DNA of 64,000 nt from Hyphochytrium catenoides (lineage: Eukaryota; Protista; Hyphochytriomycota). Position 1 is the stretch's first letter, and every line of letters starts with the position of its first letter. Below are positions 49,501 through 60,421 of this stretch, piece after piece. The notes below the pieces were generated by a model. The model worked only from the letters and a program-made list of their open reading frames with translations, searched no databases and had not been told where the DNA came from. The stretch covers positions 14,501-78,500 of the forward strand of contig FLMG01003792.1 of the NCBI GenBank assembly GCA_900088475.1. The letters run 5' to 3'. Position numbers and translations under genes: made by a program.

Positions 49501-52500
49501 CTCGAAAGGCCCTATCTCGTTGGCCTCGTCCACAAGGCTGTATTTGAAGTAATCCTCCCATACTCCCAGTGCTGTGAGGAGTGTGGCGTGCTTAGGACGG
49601 AAAGAAAAGCCGGTAATGAGACCTCCCTTCCACGTCCCATTGATCGCTAGTGATTGATTTCGTAAGTCCTCGTCCATACTAACGGCGCTGTGGCCGCTTA
49701 CAGACGGGCGCAATCTGTCAAAAGAAGAGAGTTAGAACGAGCCAAAGATCAGGTAAGCTGCAAGACAACAGACCACCCACGATGCTCACCTGGCTGTCCA
49801 GATCGCTGGCAGATGTGGGTATAGGACACGGCTCCCTACACCTAAACCGCCATCCCATTGAGGGATGATACTTCCATTGCCAGAGTTCAGCGAAGAGTTG
49901 ACACCCGCAGATGAACTATTCAGACTTTCGCCTCCAAGTACTTCCGACCAGACGAAAGTCGCATCGGCCACATTTCCATATAGCGGAAGCCTGTGGGTGT
50001 GTTGGAATTGAACTACAGAGCTTCCATTAGCTAGGTGTTCGATGGTGGATTCCGGCGCGAGGCGATACGCTGAAACTGCGATATTGGGCTCAAGAAAGTC
50101 CCAGGGTTTTGCGGTGGTGAGCAACAGAGCAGGCACAGCCACTAATACAGAGTATGTCCTGCCAGGTAGTAGGACTACCGGAGTATCAAACAGTACGCGG
50201 TCACTGTACGGCAACAATGTATCAGTTGTCAAGAGGACGGATGAGCCACTGGTCGTGTCGTAAATCCAGAGGGGAATTTCAGCGGAGGCCAACAGAGCCT
50301 GCACTTGAGGCATAGTGGGTACTGGACCATCGGCAACGACAACATCCACCGCTTGACGCTTGAAGTCAAAGCCTGAGATTGACCAGGGCCTATCGTCCAT
50401 GATACTGAAATCGAATCCAGCCACCATCGGGGGTGATGGCAAGTAGAAGGGCCCGTATTGAGGAGTCGACGCATTACCGTCCGGTAGGGGAGGTGGCACT
50501 GTAGGAGTTGGCCTGCAGGGAGCACAGTTAACAACAAGGAAATAAAGAACCATTGTCCCTGGAATAGAGCAAGCTTTAAGAAGAGGAAGGAAGACCTACC
50601 CACTAGGTTGTAGCTTCTGATACGTGAAGGCGACAAGACCGAGACTGTCCACTGGAGGAAGGCTATTCGAATAGTAGTCGCCTGTAACTAGCCAAATACT
50701 ATCTGGACTCGCATAGTATGGTCCACCTTGTTTACGCTCCCCGAAGCTGATATCCTGTTGTTGAACGCTGTATGTGGTCCTCATTGGAGTTGTCGTGGGT
50801 GGAACTGGCAAGTTGACTACCAAGGTGTAACTCTCCTGACCGCTCAGGCGAAGTCCACGAATCTGGGTGGGCAGGCTACCGTCATAGGACAGTTGTACGA
50901 CAGGGAGGTAATCAAGCACTGTAACCCGCATGCCAAGAGCGGGGAAGAAGGGATTGCTTGGTTCCACTCGAGCACGGAGTACTTCCACGCCTGTATGATC
51001 GTTATAGATAGCGACCGTGATAGCATGTCCCCAACCATATCTCTGGGTATCGATGTGCTGCGAGCTGAAGTTTAAAAGAGACGAACAATTCCACAATGGC
51101 TCAGCAATGCCAATGCTTGTGACGACGATATCGGTCAATGGTTTGAAGTTGTAGCCCAGCAGCAAACGGTCTGTTGCGGTCTCGGTCCTGGGGCAACCAT
51201 CAACGACGAGCTCATGAATCTGGACAGAGCGGTCTCCTGAAGGTGGGATTGGGCGTCTAGGAAAAAAAATAAAGACGGGCAGCAATTCAGCAAAACGAAG
51301 GTTGGACAAGCTTCACAACGCCCATGCCCTACCTGTTAAACATTGCAAAGGCGGATGGCAATAGGGATTCGATAGGGTACGATGCTGCAAGAGTCTCATT
51401 GGCGCTGTACGCCCATAATCTCTGGGACTCGAGCTCTGTAGGAAGTAACCCTCCACTTGCCATAACTTTATTCGTGTCATGGGCGTCGTAAAAGGAGGTA
51501 GAATAGCCCACTCCATTCCACCATGGACTTTTCCCTGGGCTCTGGACCCAAGGTAGCGCATAGTCACCCACCACACGTACAAAAGGCAGTGAACCAGCGA
51601 TGGCATACAGCTTCCCAGCTTGTAGATGCACCTTAGTTGAGAGTACTTCCAATTGTTGTTGCATGCCGATTGTCGGTGACCATGGCCCAATAGTCAGCGA
51701 GCCCAAGAGCGATAATTTGCTAGAGTTAGGGGAGGATGCATTCAGGCCGTAAACGCCAACCTGAGATGAACCCATGCCCATGTTTAGGTGGAACGTCCCA
51801 TTCAGTCGACAGAGGGGCTCATCATGCGATGGCATGATGACTCCAAGAGTTGAGATCTCAACGTCCTCAATAGGGACAAATGTGAAGCCTGACAGGAAGC
51901 CATATGGTACCGGAAGTGCGCAGATGCCTCCAGCACCTGTGTGGGGCGGGAAGATTGCGGTATCGCCAACGGGGAAAGGTTGGAACGGATGCTCAACCCT
52001 ATGACAGAATGTCGTTACTTCTTGCTGTTATTATGTTCTTCAGGCTCACCAAGAGACAACATTTTAGAGCACGAAGACAGAGTAAAGAAAACGCTAGGGT
52101 TCGGTCATACCTTGTCAGAGCCAAGTCCAGAAGTCCATCCATCCCCTCTGCAGAAGCCACACATGAGGAAGAAGCAACATCGCAACCTTCTCCCAGCCCG
52201 ATGGCCGCAAGGTTGTTGAAGAGGCGGAAAGGCGGAATATTGTTCCCTGTAGAATAGGGCACAGGTTTTGGTAGATACCTTCTCTTAACCTCCACAAAGT
52301 TGGCTGGACCAACACCAAGGCTCGTCGCATTGCCAAATGCTTGAAAATGAACAGGAAGGAGTCCAACGACGGTGTATGTACTGTCTGCTCTTAGTAACTG
52401 AGCCGAGGAGTTGTGGAAACTGCCATATAAGGTGCTGCCTCGCTTGGTACTTCCAGGTCCGATGATGGTCGATAGAATAAGCTCCCCCTGCCAGTCATAA

Positions 52501-55500
52501 ACTCCAATAACGCTAGACCATCTGGTTCTGTCCCGAAGTTCTTCCATAGTATCAGGGTCTGAGGTACAGTTCGTCCCATTGTTATTGTTCAAGAGATCGC
52601 TGTTCCATGACTTTGGAAGTGCGAAACCAACAGCGGACAGGTAAACATCCGAAAGAGGGACAAAGCTGAAGGCCACTACTGCTTCCTGAGGGATTGCACA
52701 AGCCTCAGTGAGCTCTAATCCATACAACGGCTGGCCCACCAGAAGTCCATCTCCGTAGGGCACCCTAAGGGATGGGATTATTTAGTACACTATTAATAGA
52801 ACTGTTTTTACTAGAATAACCGTTTGCAACGACTTACTCTGTGTATAGCAGATCAACCATGGGTAGTGAGGCGGAATATGAGTATTGCCCCATCGTACCG
52901 AAGCTCCCGCCGTCTGCTACAGAAAACAACGGTGCGATGCTGGGTAGAGGATCACCTGGACTGGAGCCCCCCATGGGCGGGCCCTGTAACCACGAGTAAA
53001 TATCCAGCAGCTCTGTGGTCTGACGTTGAGGCAATGAGAAAGTCCCGCCAATTCTGTAAGACACCCGGGCCACAATTCCGTAACGCCTCCCAGGGTAGAT
53101 AAGAATCGGTTCTTGCTCTAATGGGCTATACAGAACTGATGGAGAAGTATGGTCTACCCTCACTGAAGCTGTGGATCGATGGAATACGGTGGTTGAACCA
53201 AGCAAAACCGATCCCGCAGTAAGGTCATAGATCCCCACAGGGACTGCGGTCTCTAGTGGTGTCAAGCCCCACTCGAAGAAATAAGGACTTAGAACCCCAA
53301 GAGCTGTCACTTTAGTCACGACCTTGGGAAGGACCTGAAGTCCTACGAGGGAGCTGCCAGCAGGGTCAAGATAGCTTAGGCCTCCAGAATACACCCCATA
53401 GCGCACCGGAGAATTGCCTTCAACGGTTCCTGGCGCGGGCCTTGAAAAAATAGAATATTGTCAACGAGAGCATTCGAGTTAGCAGACTAATGTAAAGGCG
53501 ACTGGAACCGGCGGCAATCACGCACCTGGTAAAGAGGAAGGACACTGTCGGTGACGGAAGTTCGTTAGCTTGAATGTGGCTGTTATAAACGGTGTCCTGC
53601 GTACTGTTAATGCCGTAGCCGTCGGCAAACTCAATGAAATCTCTCAAAGCAAAATGTGAGGAGAGCCTGGCCGAGAAAGCACCATCTGCCACTCTACGAG
53701 GCATTCCGGGAAGTATTCTCATGACGATGCTGAACTCAATATCTGGCTCCAGCTCCAATGCGGGAAATAGAGCAGCGTAGTGGTAGCCATCTCTGACCTC
53801 GTTGACCAGACTTACCGATGTCGAGGTCAAGAGAATTTGGGACTGGTAATCGATGAGGTTCACCTGTACCTGAGCAGGAGTAGCTCCGACCATGCATAGA
53901 GGGCAGTCTAGCTGAGAAGTTAGTAGCTCACTCCAGACCCCAAGGGCAGTTATCAGAGCTCTTCGCCTGGTGATGAACCTGAAGCCGACTTGTTGGCTTT
54001 CGGTCCAGGTGCCATTGAGCCAGGATAGTGTAGAAGCGGCTTCTTCAGGTGCAAGCACTCCTGGCTTCCCGGCAACGGATGGCCTTAAACTGTTTCAAGT
54101 AGTGGTCAACAACAAACGATAAAACGTCCATACGCATGGAAGGAAACAGAAAACTTACGCGCTGACTTGCAAAGTGGGCATATGAAATAGAGTAAAACCT
54201 TCCTCTAATGCAGCACTCTTAGTGATGGCTGGTGACAACTGCTCCCCATTCTGCGATGCGCCGCTATCGGAGCCAGTTGGCATAGTTCCATTAGCAGCAT
54301 CTGACAGGAGGGGCCACCATGGTGGAGCTATATTAGGATATCCATAGTGCTCCGCCAGCGGAAACCACTCTGCTGTGATGTTAGACCATCCACCTGTCAA
54401 AGGATCAAACGTGGCATTACTCCGAGCGCCTAAACCTAAGCGGTAGGCGGAAACGTCCACCCCATGGCCGCCGGGATACTGACTGATTTTGCGATTGGTC
54501 AATAGAATCATGGGTAGTGAGGCTAGAAGCGTGTATGTCTTGCCAGCAGCTAATACTACCGCCCTTTCGAACCGGAGGCCATCTTGATGATCGGGTAGGA
54601 TCTGATGGGCAAGAAGCTGGTTGGAGGCAGTGTCATACAGCCAGATGTTAAGACTAGCATTGCGTAAAACGTCTCGGGAGCTGATCCCTCCCCCTCCTCC
54701 TACACTACTATTGCTGCTGTTGACGTCCCACTCCATTATGCTGCGATTGAAATGCAGACCCCAACAGGATAAGGGGATTGTTCCGGTCACGGTGAAGTCA
54801 TATCCGACTAAGTTGGGCGCTGATGTAAGGTAATAGGGGCCGGTCCACGCATTTTGTGGCGGAGGTGTTGGAACTGGAGCTTCCGTGGGGGGATAAGTGC
54901 TGTGATACGTGAGGAGAATTTAGCCATAATTAGTATTGTTGTTGTTCAAATTCCGTCGATGATGAGAGACTTTGAAGGGCCACTTTCTTTGCTGGAGTTA
55001 GATGGACCAATGGGGCTGACAGGAGAAGAGACCTACCTATAACCTTCCAGCAACGGCACGATAAGACTATATGCCGTCCCGTACAGTGCGCTGTTACCTA
55101 AAACTGTCGTGCCCATGTTCAAAGCAGGCTCTGAATGGTTCCAATAGGCCGGCAAGTCTCCTTCGTCAAGGTGAAGGACATTTCGAGCGTCGTTGGCCCC
55201 AAACCTGTACGCTGTGACCACAATATTATCCTTGAACGGGACACTAACGTCTACCTCAGTTAGCACTGTGAAGGGAAGGGAAACAAGGATTGTATATAAC
55301 ACTCCACCCTGCAGAGTAAAGCTGACCGCATTGCGGGTTGAATATGGTGGTACCGAGCCATAGTAAACAGGATGAAAGTAGCCTGATGCCCTTGAGTAGA
55401 CTGCAATGTATGGATATTGCCCGGCAGTCATTATCTTCTCGGTCAAAGTGGTGGTCTGTCCAGTTGTCAAGTCTCGCAGCAAGGCACCTTGGTTATAGAG

Positions 55501-58500
55501 AAGCCCATCCACCTTGAAGTCACTCGTGCTTGTGACATAAAAATCGTATCCGAGCAGCGATGGTTGCGAGAGCTCGAAGTATGCACCTGGCACACCGGGA
55601 CCTGACGGGAATAGCCTGATAAAGGGGAGAATGTTCAGATAGGGCTGGACAACCAGGAAAAAGCAACAAGAGCCTTACCGGTCAAATGCTACTGCCACTG
55701 AGCTTAGCAGCTGGTGAGAGTTATCCGGAATAGGTTGGCTTTCGGTGCTTTGCAGATTTGATGCCAGTCTTTCGCTATTTATTTCGAGTGGAAGAGCCAT
55801 TGGCAATTCAAGAGCTTCCAACATGGTACGGTAAACGTTGAAAGACCGAGCATATCCGACTCCGTTCCACCAGATATCCTCTGAGAAGCCTTCGATGACC
55901 CTAGCGAAAGGTAAATTTCCAATTACGGCGTAGTCACCACCGGCCCGTAGGTGAACTTTCGATGCCAGTCCTTCTAACTGCTGCCCACCATAGAGAGGAG
56001 ACCAGCTGCCAACTGTGACGGTGGCTATTAGGGTAAAGACTCTTGCTGGTGAGGTTGCGTTCGAGGTGACATTGTAAAGGCCAACTTGCGAAATAGTGTT
56101 CGCCATGTTAGGGTAGTATACCCAGTTGAACCTACAAATATCCTCCTTGAAGGATGGTACGGTGATCCCCAGTGCTGACACCTCGATATCCTCAGTAGGG
56201 GAGAACCAAAATCCAGAATAGACACCAAATTCTGCCTTCAAAGAGCAGGATGGTAGTGCCGCCGGCAAAGGCGGCGGCAACAGCAGCTGCAAAGCGGGCG
56301 ACAAAGGGCTGGAAATAGGCGGTGAGATCCTAGGATGGTGCCACGGATGGTTAATAAAGGTGAAGAGGAACAAGAAAGGAATCAGTATTGACACCAGATA
56401 CTTAGAAGAGAGCTCGATCATCGTTAAGCGACAAACCGTTTGGGATAATCGTCTGTTATAGAATGGTGACAAAGTTGCCTTACCTGACATATAAGACATC
56501 TAATAATTCCTCAATAGCAAAGTCTGGTTCGCAGTCTGAAAAAGGCCCTATCGCGCAGCCATCACCAAGCGGCAAAGCTGAGAGTGATTGAGGAAGCGAC
56601 GAATAACCCCTTGTTTGTGCCTCTGCCTCCGAGTCGAAGGTAATGTATCGCCTGGTCATATGCACCAGAGGGCTGGTGTCTGAGCTTGAGTTACTCGCGT
56701 TTCTAGTGTTGTTGAGGAAGAATGGCAGGGAGCCAACAAGAGTGTACAGTTTTCCTGGTCGTAGGACTAGACCTGAAGAATTGTGCATGGCGCTGTAGAC
56801 CACATCCTGCTTTGTCTGATTGTTGATAGCAGAAGAAGAACTAAATCCTCTGGGGCTTGCGGGCCCGACTTGTGTCCAATCTATCAGCTGGCCTAGGTCG
56901 TCGTAAAGTCCTACTGTGGCAGCCCATCGGGCGCTGAACCGCATGGACTCGACATCATCTTCCTCCAACGAGCATGAGCTATCATTGCCTTCCGCAGGAG
57001 AGTGGCTACTTGCCATCCAATCGGGAAGTACAAAGCCAACAGCGGAGATGTACATATCAACTTGCGCCACAAAGCTGAAAGCCGCTAGCGTTCCTTTGGC
57101 AAGCCCACATGATTGGGCAGACGAGTTCCGGCTCCCGAATAACGGTTGGCCAAAGATAGCGTTGGCCTCGTCTGGCCTGGGGTAAGCATGGAGTTAGTCA
57201 GGTGTTAGAGCAAGCTCACAAACCCGCGCACCTAGTGTAAAGGAAGTCGACCATGGGCAAGGACTCTGAATAGGTGTACTCAAATCCGGCTCCTGTCGTG
57301 TCGAAGTTCTGACCGACCGGATACAGACTGGCAAATGGAGGAAGGGTATCTCCATTGCTTTGCGTCCCTGGGAGGCTTATACTTCCTTTGAGACGAGAGA
57401 AGACAACAATTGGACCCTTCTGATGAATCGCGGTGGTCCCAGGTATGCTGTACGACATAAAAGCCACAATGCCATAGTACCGCCCAGGAAACAGAGTTAT
57501 GGGTCCATTCTCTAGGGCATCATAGACAACCCCTGGCGAGGTGACACCTGAACTAAAGGAGGCTGCCGAAGGATGAAAGACCTTGGCAGACGCAAGCAAG
57601 ATGCCACCAGCGCTAAGGTCATAGATGCCAACGGGAATGGCAGACTCAGGAGGCGACAGTTCGCTGCCCCACAGGTTCCACGGGCTGAGAAAACCCACAG
57701 CTGATATCATGGTCTGAATTCTTGGGGTGATCTGCCAGCCCATGAGGGAGCTTCCTTCTGGATTGATGGACAGCGTGTTGCCGCCAAAGGAAGGAGTGTA
57801 AAGCAGGGGTGACTCTCCTTGTAGCCCACCGGTGGGTCGTCTATCACAAAGTATTCCGACCAGTGGCAAATACATATGAGATATGAATAACATCAGGTGG
57901 ATTGCGGTTAGCACTTGCTACAAGTGGCTTTTCTTAAGTAGTACCTTACCGTGTGTAGAGGAAGGAAACTGCAGGATAGACTTCGTTCCCTTCGAAATTA
58001 GGGTCGACCTTGGGCTCAGTTTCCCATAGGGCTGAGAGGTTATGACTGAGTGATGACCCCTCAAGGCATTGGCCCATGATGAACTGCCTGCCAAGAAGGT
58101 CGGAGGTAGTGGTGGAGCTATTCAGCATAAACCTTGGCATTCCAGCAGCGCTGGTCAACACAATGCCGTACTCCGTACTGGCCTTGAGCTCCACGGGAGG
58201 GAAAACGGCAGCGTAGTAATAGCTAGCTATGATGTCATCCCCAAAACTCACGTCGGCAGCTGCAAGGATAAGGTTTGACTCGCGACTTATCAGCTCTACT
58301 CTGACGCCTGGAGGACCGACAGTGTCGTTGCCTTCAGTGGGCGCGAAGGGTGGTAGCTGATCCCAAGACAAGAGCTGATTCCAGACTCCCAAAGCAGTCA
58401 ACAATGCCCCTCTCTTTGTCCAGAAACTGAACCCAACACGAGTGCCAGTGGTCCATGTTCCGTTGACAAATGGGGGAGAGACTGCACTGGTAGGGTTGTC

Positions 58501-60421
58501 GTCTCCTAGCGATGCCACCAAGCCGGGGGTACCAGCTACCTTTGGCCTCGGCCTTGCAGAATTTGTTTAACCGAGTAGCAGGAGTCCGTGGGTAAGGATT
58601 GCACACGAGGACCATGTCAGCGATTCGAATGGTTGTCTTACCTTGCCATTAGAAGGTTCGGAACGTGAAACAGCGTCATTCCCTCAGCCAATGCAGCCTC
58701 CTTGTTTAGAACAGAAGCCATCTCACCTGCTCCGGTATAGCTGCTATCAGTCTCGTGTTGATGGTCGACATTGTCCGGCAAGTAGGCCCACCAAGGTGGC
58801 GTCTCTCCAGGGTAGCTCTGGGTGGTGGCAATGGGAAAAGAGTAGACAGGCCAAAATGACCACTGCTCCCCGGTGGCAGGACCGTACGACGCATTACTGA
58901 CGGACGGTTGCAGACCGAAGCGGTATGCAATAATGTCCAGGTTATTACTTCCTGTGCCGTATTCAACTACTTGGCGATCTGTTAGGAGAATCATTGGAAG
59001 GGACGCCACAACGGAGTATGCCTTTCCGGCTCCAAGGTTCACGGGCTTGGTAAATCTAACTCTTTCTTGAAAGGCCTCTAACACCTGATGGGCTAGGACC
59101 TGGCCCGTGCCTGTGTCATATACCCAAACGTTCAAAATGGTGTTACGCAAAGTGTCCCTTATAGATTGTATATTTGTCTGGATGTCGCCTTCCATCGGTG
59201 ACCATTCGGCAATACTTCGGTTGAAGTAGAGACCCCAGCACCTCATGGGGATGGACCCAGTAACAGTGAAGTCATAGCCAACGAGATTAGCCTCAGGACT
59301 CAGGTAGAAGGGTCCTCTCCATGACGCAGGACTTTCTGTCACTGGCAACCCACTTATCCTGCGGCACAAGGAGAAGGCAGGAACAAGGAGGTAATCAGCT
59401 CAAGTATGAAGTAGGTGCTGCAATGCAATCTGGTGATCTTCCGAGTGAGTCTCACCTTAAACTCTGGAATGCCGGGATGAGAAGTCCAGCCTCCGATCCA
59501 CAATTGCAGCTAGTCACGATGGCATTGGAAGCAATCACTGACGGAGGATCAACATCATTCCAATACCCAGGAAGAAAGCTCTCTTCAACATTACTGAAAT
59601 CGTCCAGAAACCTTGGGTCGTTTTCTCCGAGCCTGTAAGCTGAGATGCCGATGTCGCTCGCCGATATGTTAGGCTCCAGATTGGGCTTTGTAAGAATTGT
59701 GAAAGGCAGTCTCAACAGCAAGGTGTAGTTGTTATAAGGATACAAGCTAACAGCATCAAGAGAAGAGAGCTCTTGGTAGGGCGAGAAGACACGTCTTGCA
59801 ATCTCCTGGAGGTTGGGCGCACGCACGTAAAGTGCGAATTCAATGTACTGCCCCATGGACTCAAGCTTGGCACCCAAAGACCTCACTTCGCCATTGGTCA
59901 CATCTTTCACAGCCACTCCTTGGTTGTAGATCAATCCCTGTAATTGAACTTCACTAGCAGTGTCTTGCACATAGAAGTCCAAACCAACGATTGAGGGATT
60001 GTAGTCAACGATGAAGGCGTCCGCGACGCTGCACAAAAGGATGCAAACAGGTGTATGAGCGCGGCAAGCGACGACATATCATATGTGAAAGGAGAGAGAA
60101 AGAACGAACCTGTCGGCGGGTGAAGGTGGCTCAGTGGTGGACTGTGAGAGCACGACCTGGGATAACAATTAAATTAGCTCTCAGTAATAGAAAGTTAGCC
60201 AACAAAAGGAAACTAACCGTTCCATGCTCAATGCTGAGAAGGTGGGCAAAGCACAGTGCCCAAAGCCAGGTAGTGGCTCGAAGTTTGGTCCTATAGAGAG
60301 TGGTGGCAACAAGATAAGTAACGACCACAGCAACATAGTTGGTCTCCCTTCTTGTACAATAACAGAAGTTGCTGTTGAAAGACTTTGGGTATTAATCTCA
60401 CCTTCTGCTCAATGGCTCCAT
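34530..60421 (-). CDS. giant secreted multi-domain protein (about 7,500 aa, about 39 exons, about 35 tandem DUF4082-like beta domains)
   Basis: Hand-spliced GT-AG model. Exons (high-low): 60421-60402, 60290-60218, 60156-60110, 60028-59456, 59358-58642, 58552-57950, 57840-57232, 57176-56484, 56329-55679, 55615-55037, 54899-54159, 54089-53526, 53440-52838, 52764-52111, 51998-51333, 51256-50600, 50512-49790, 49714-49184, 49101-48505, 48403-47693, 47608-46976, 46895-46215, 46150-45356, 45284-44745, 44652-44056, 43939-43256, 43167-42520, 42445-41780, 41698-40958, 40880-40350, 40275-39655, 39586-39068, 38970-38383, 38310-38120, 38035-37666, 37588-36530, 36438-35881, 35811-35164, 35061-34530 (or a further short exon ending at TAG 34431). 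The frame is preserved at every junction. N-terminus MEPLSRRTKLRATTWLWALCFAHLLSIEHGTVVLSQ. Repeated core G(F/Y)xF..vtalG..v(G/w)iYD...g.lLa...L.pG..Y.v. Confidence 0.88.
42520..46895 (-). repeat. super-repeat unit 4 of the giant gene (G,B,C,D,E,F)
   Basis: G (GIAEPLWTC..GWG), B (AGYDFTV..FNRT), C (LLTALG), D (PLESAVPVGIYD), E (ARWSSILGIYD), F (DICHI..YSGFTFST). Confidence 0.85.
46976..51256 (-). repeat. super-repeat unit 3 of the giant gene (G,B,C,D,E,F)
   Basis: The first exon is type G (C..R.LLGY.F..GIAEPLWNC..GWG); the other five match B-F. Confidence 0.85.
51333..55615 (-). repeat. super-repeat unit 2 of the giant gene (A,B,C,D,E,F)
   Basis: The same six domain types in the same order as unit 1. 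Confidence 0.85.
55679..60028 (-). repeat. super-repeat unit 1 of the giant gene (domain-exons A,B,C,D,E,F)
   Basis: Type motifs: A GL(I/L)YNQG; B GPFYL..GYDFTV..GL.FNR; C NGTW..GF.F..ALLTALGVW; D ESA(I/V)PVGIYDL..VFH; E FSFV..RW...G.YD; F SGF.F..CR.N..VGLYN..G.WS. Confidence 0.85.

Noticed and set aside
35266-59638. Plus-strand ORFs overlapping the giant gene
   Set aside because: They are antisense shadows of the coding exons with no independent motifs.
34530-60036. Treating the ~35 minus-strand ORFs as an operon or tandem array of separate genes
   Set aside because: Most lack their own ATG and signal peptide. The ORFs run into GT donors and are preceded by AG acceptors, and all join in frame.
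60218-60336. Alternative start ATG 60336 (MLLWSLLILLPPLSIG...) for the giant gene
   Set aside because: It looks like a signal peptide, but its phase puts exons 3-4 out of frame. The ATG 60421 model keeps frame.
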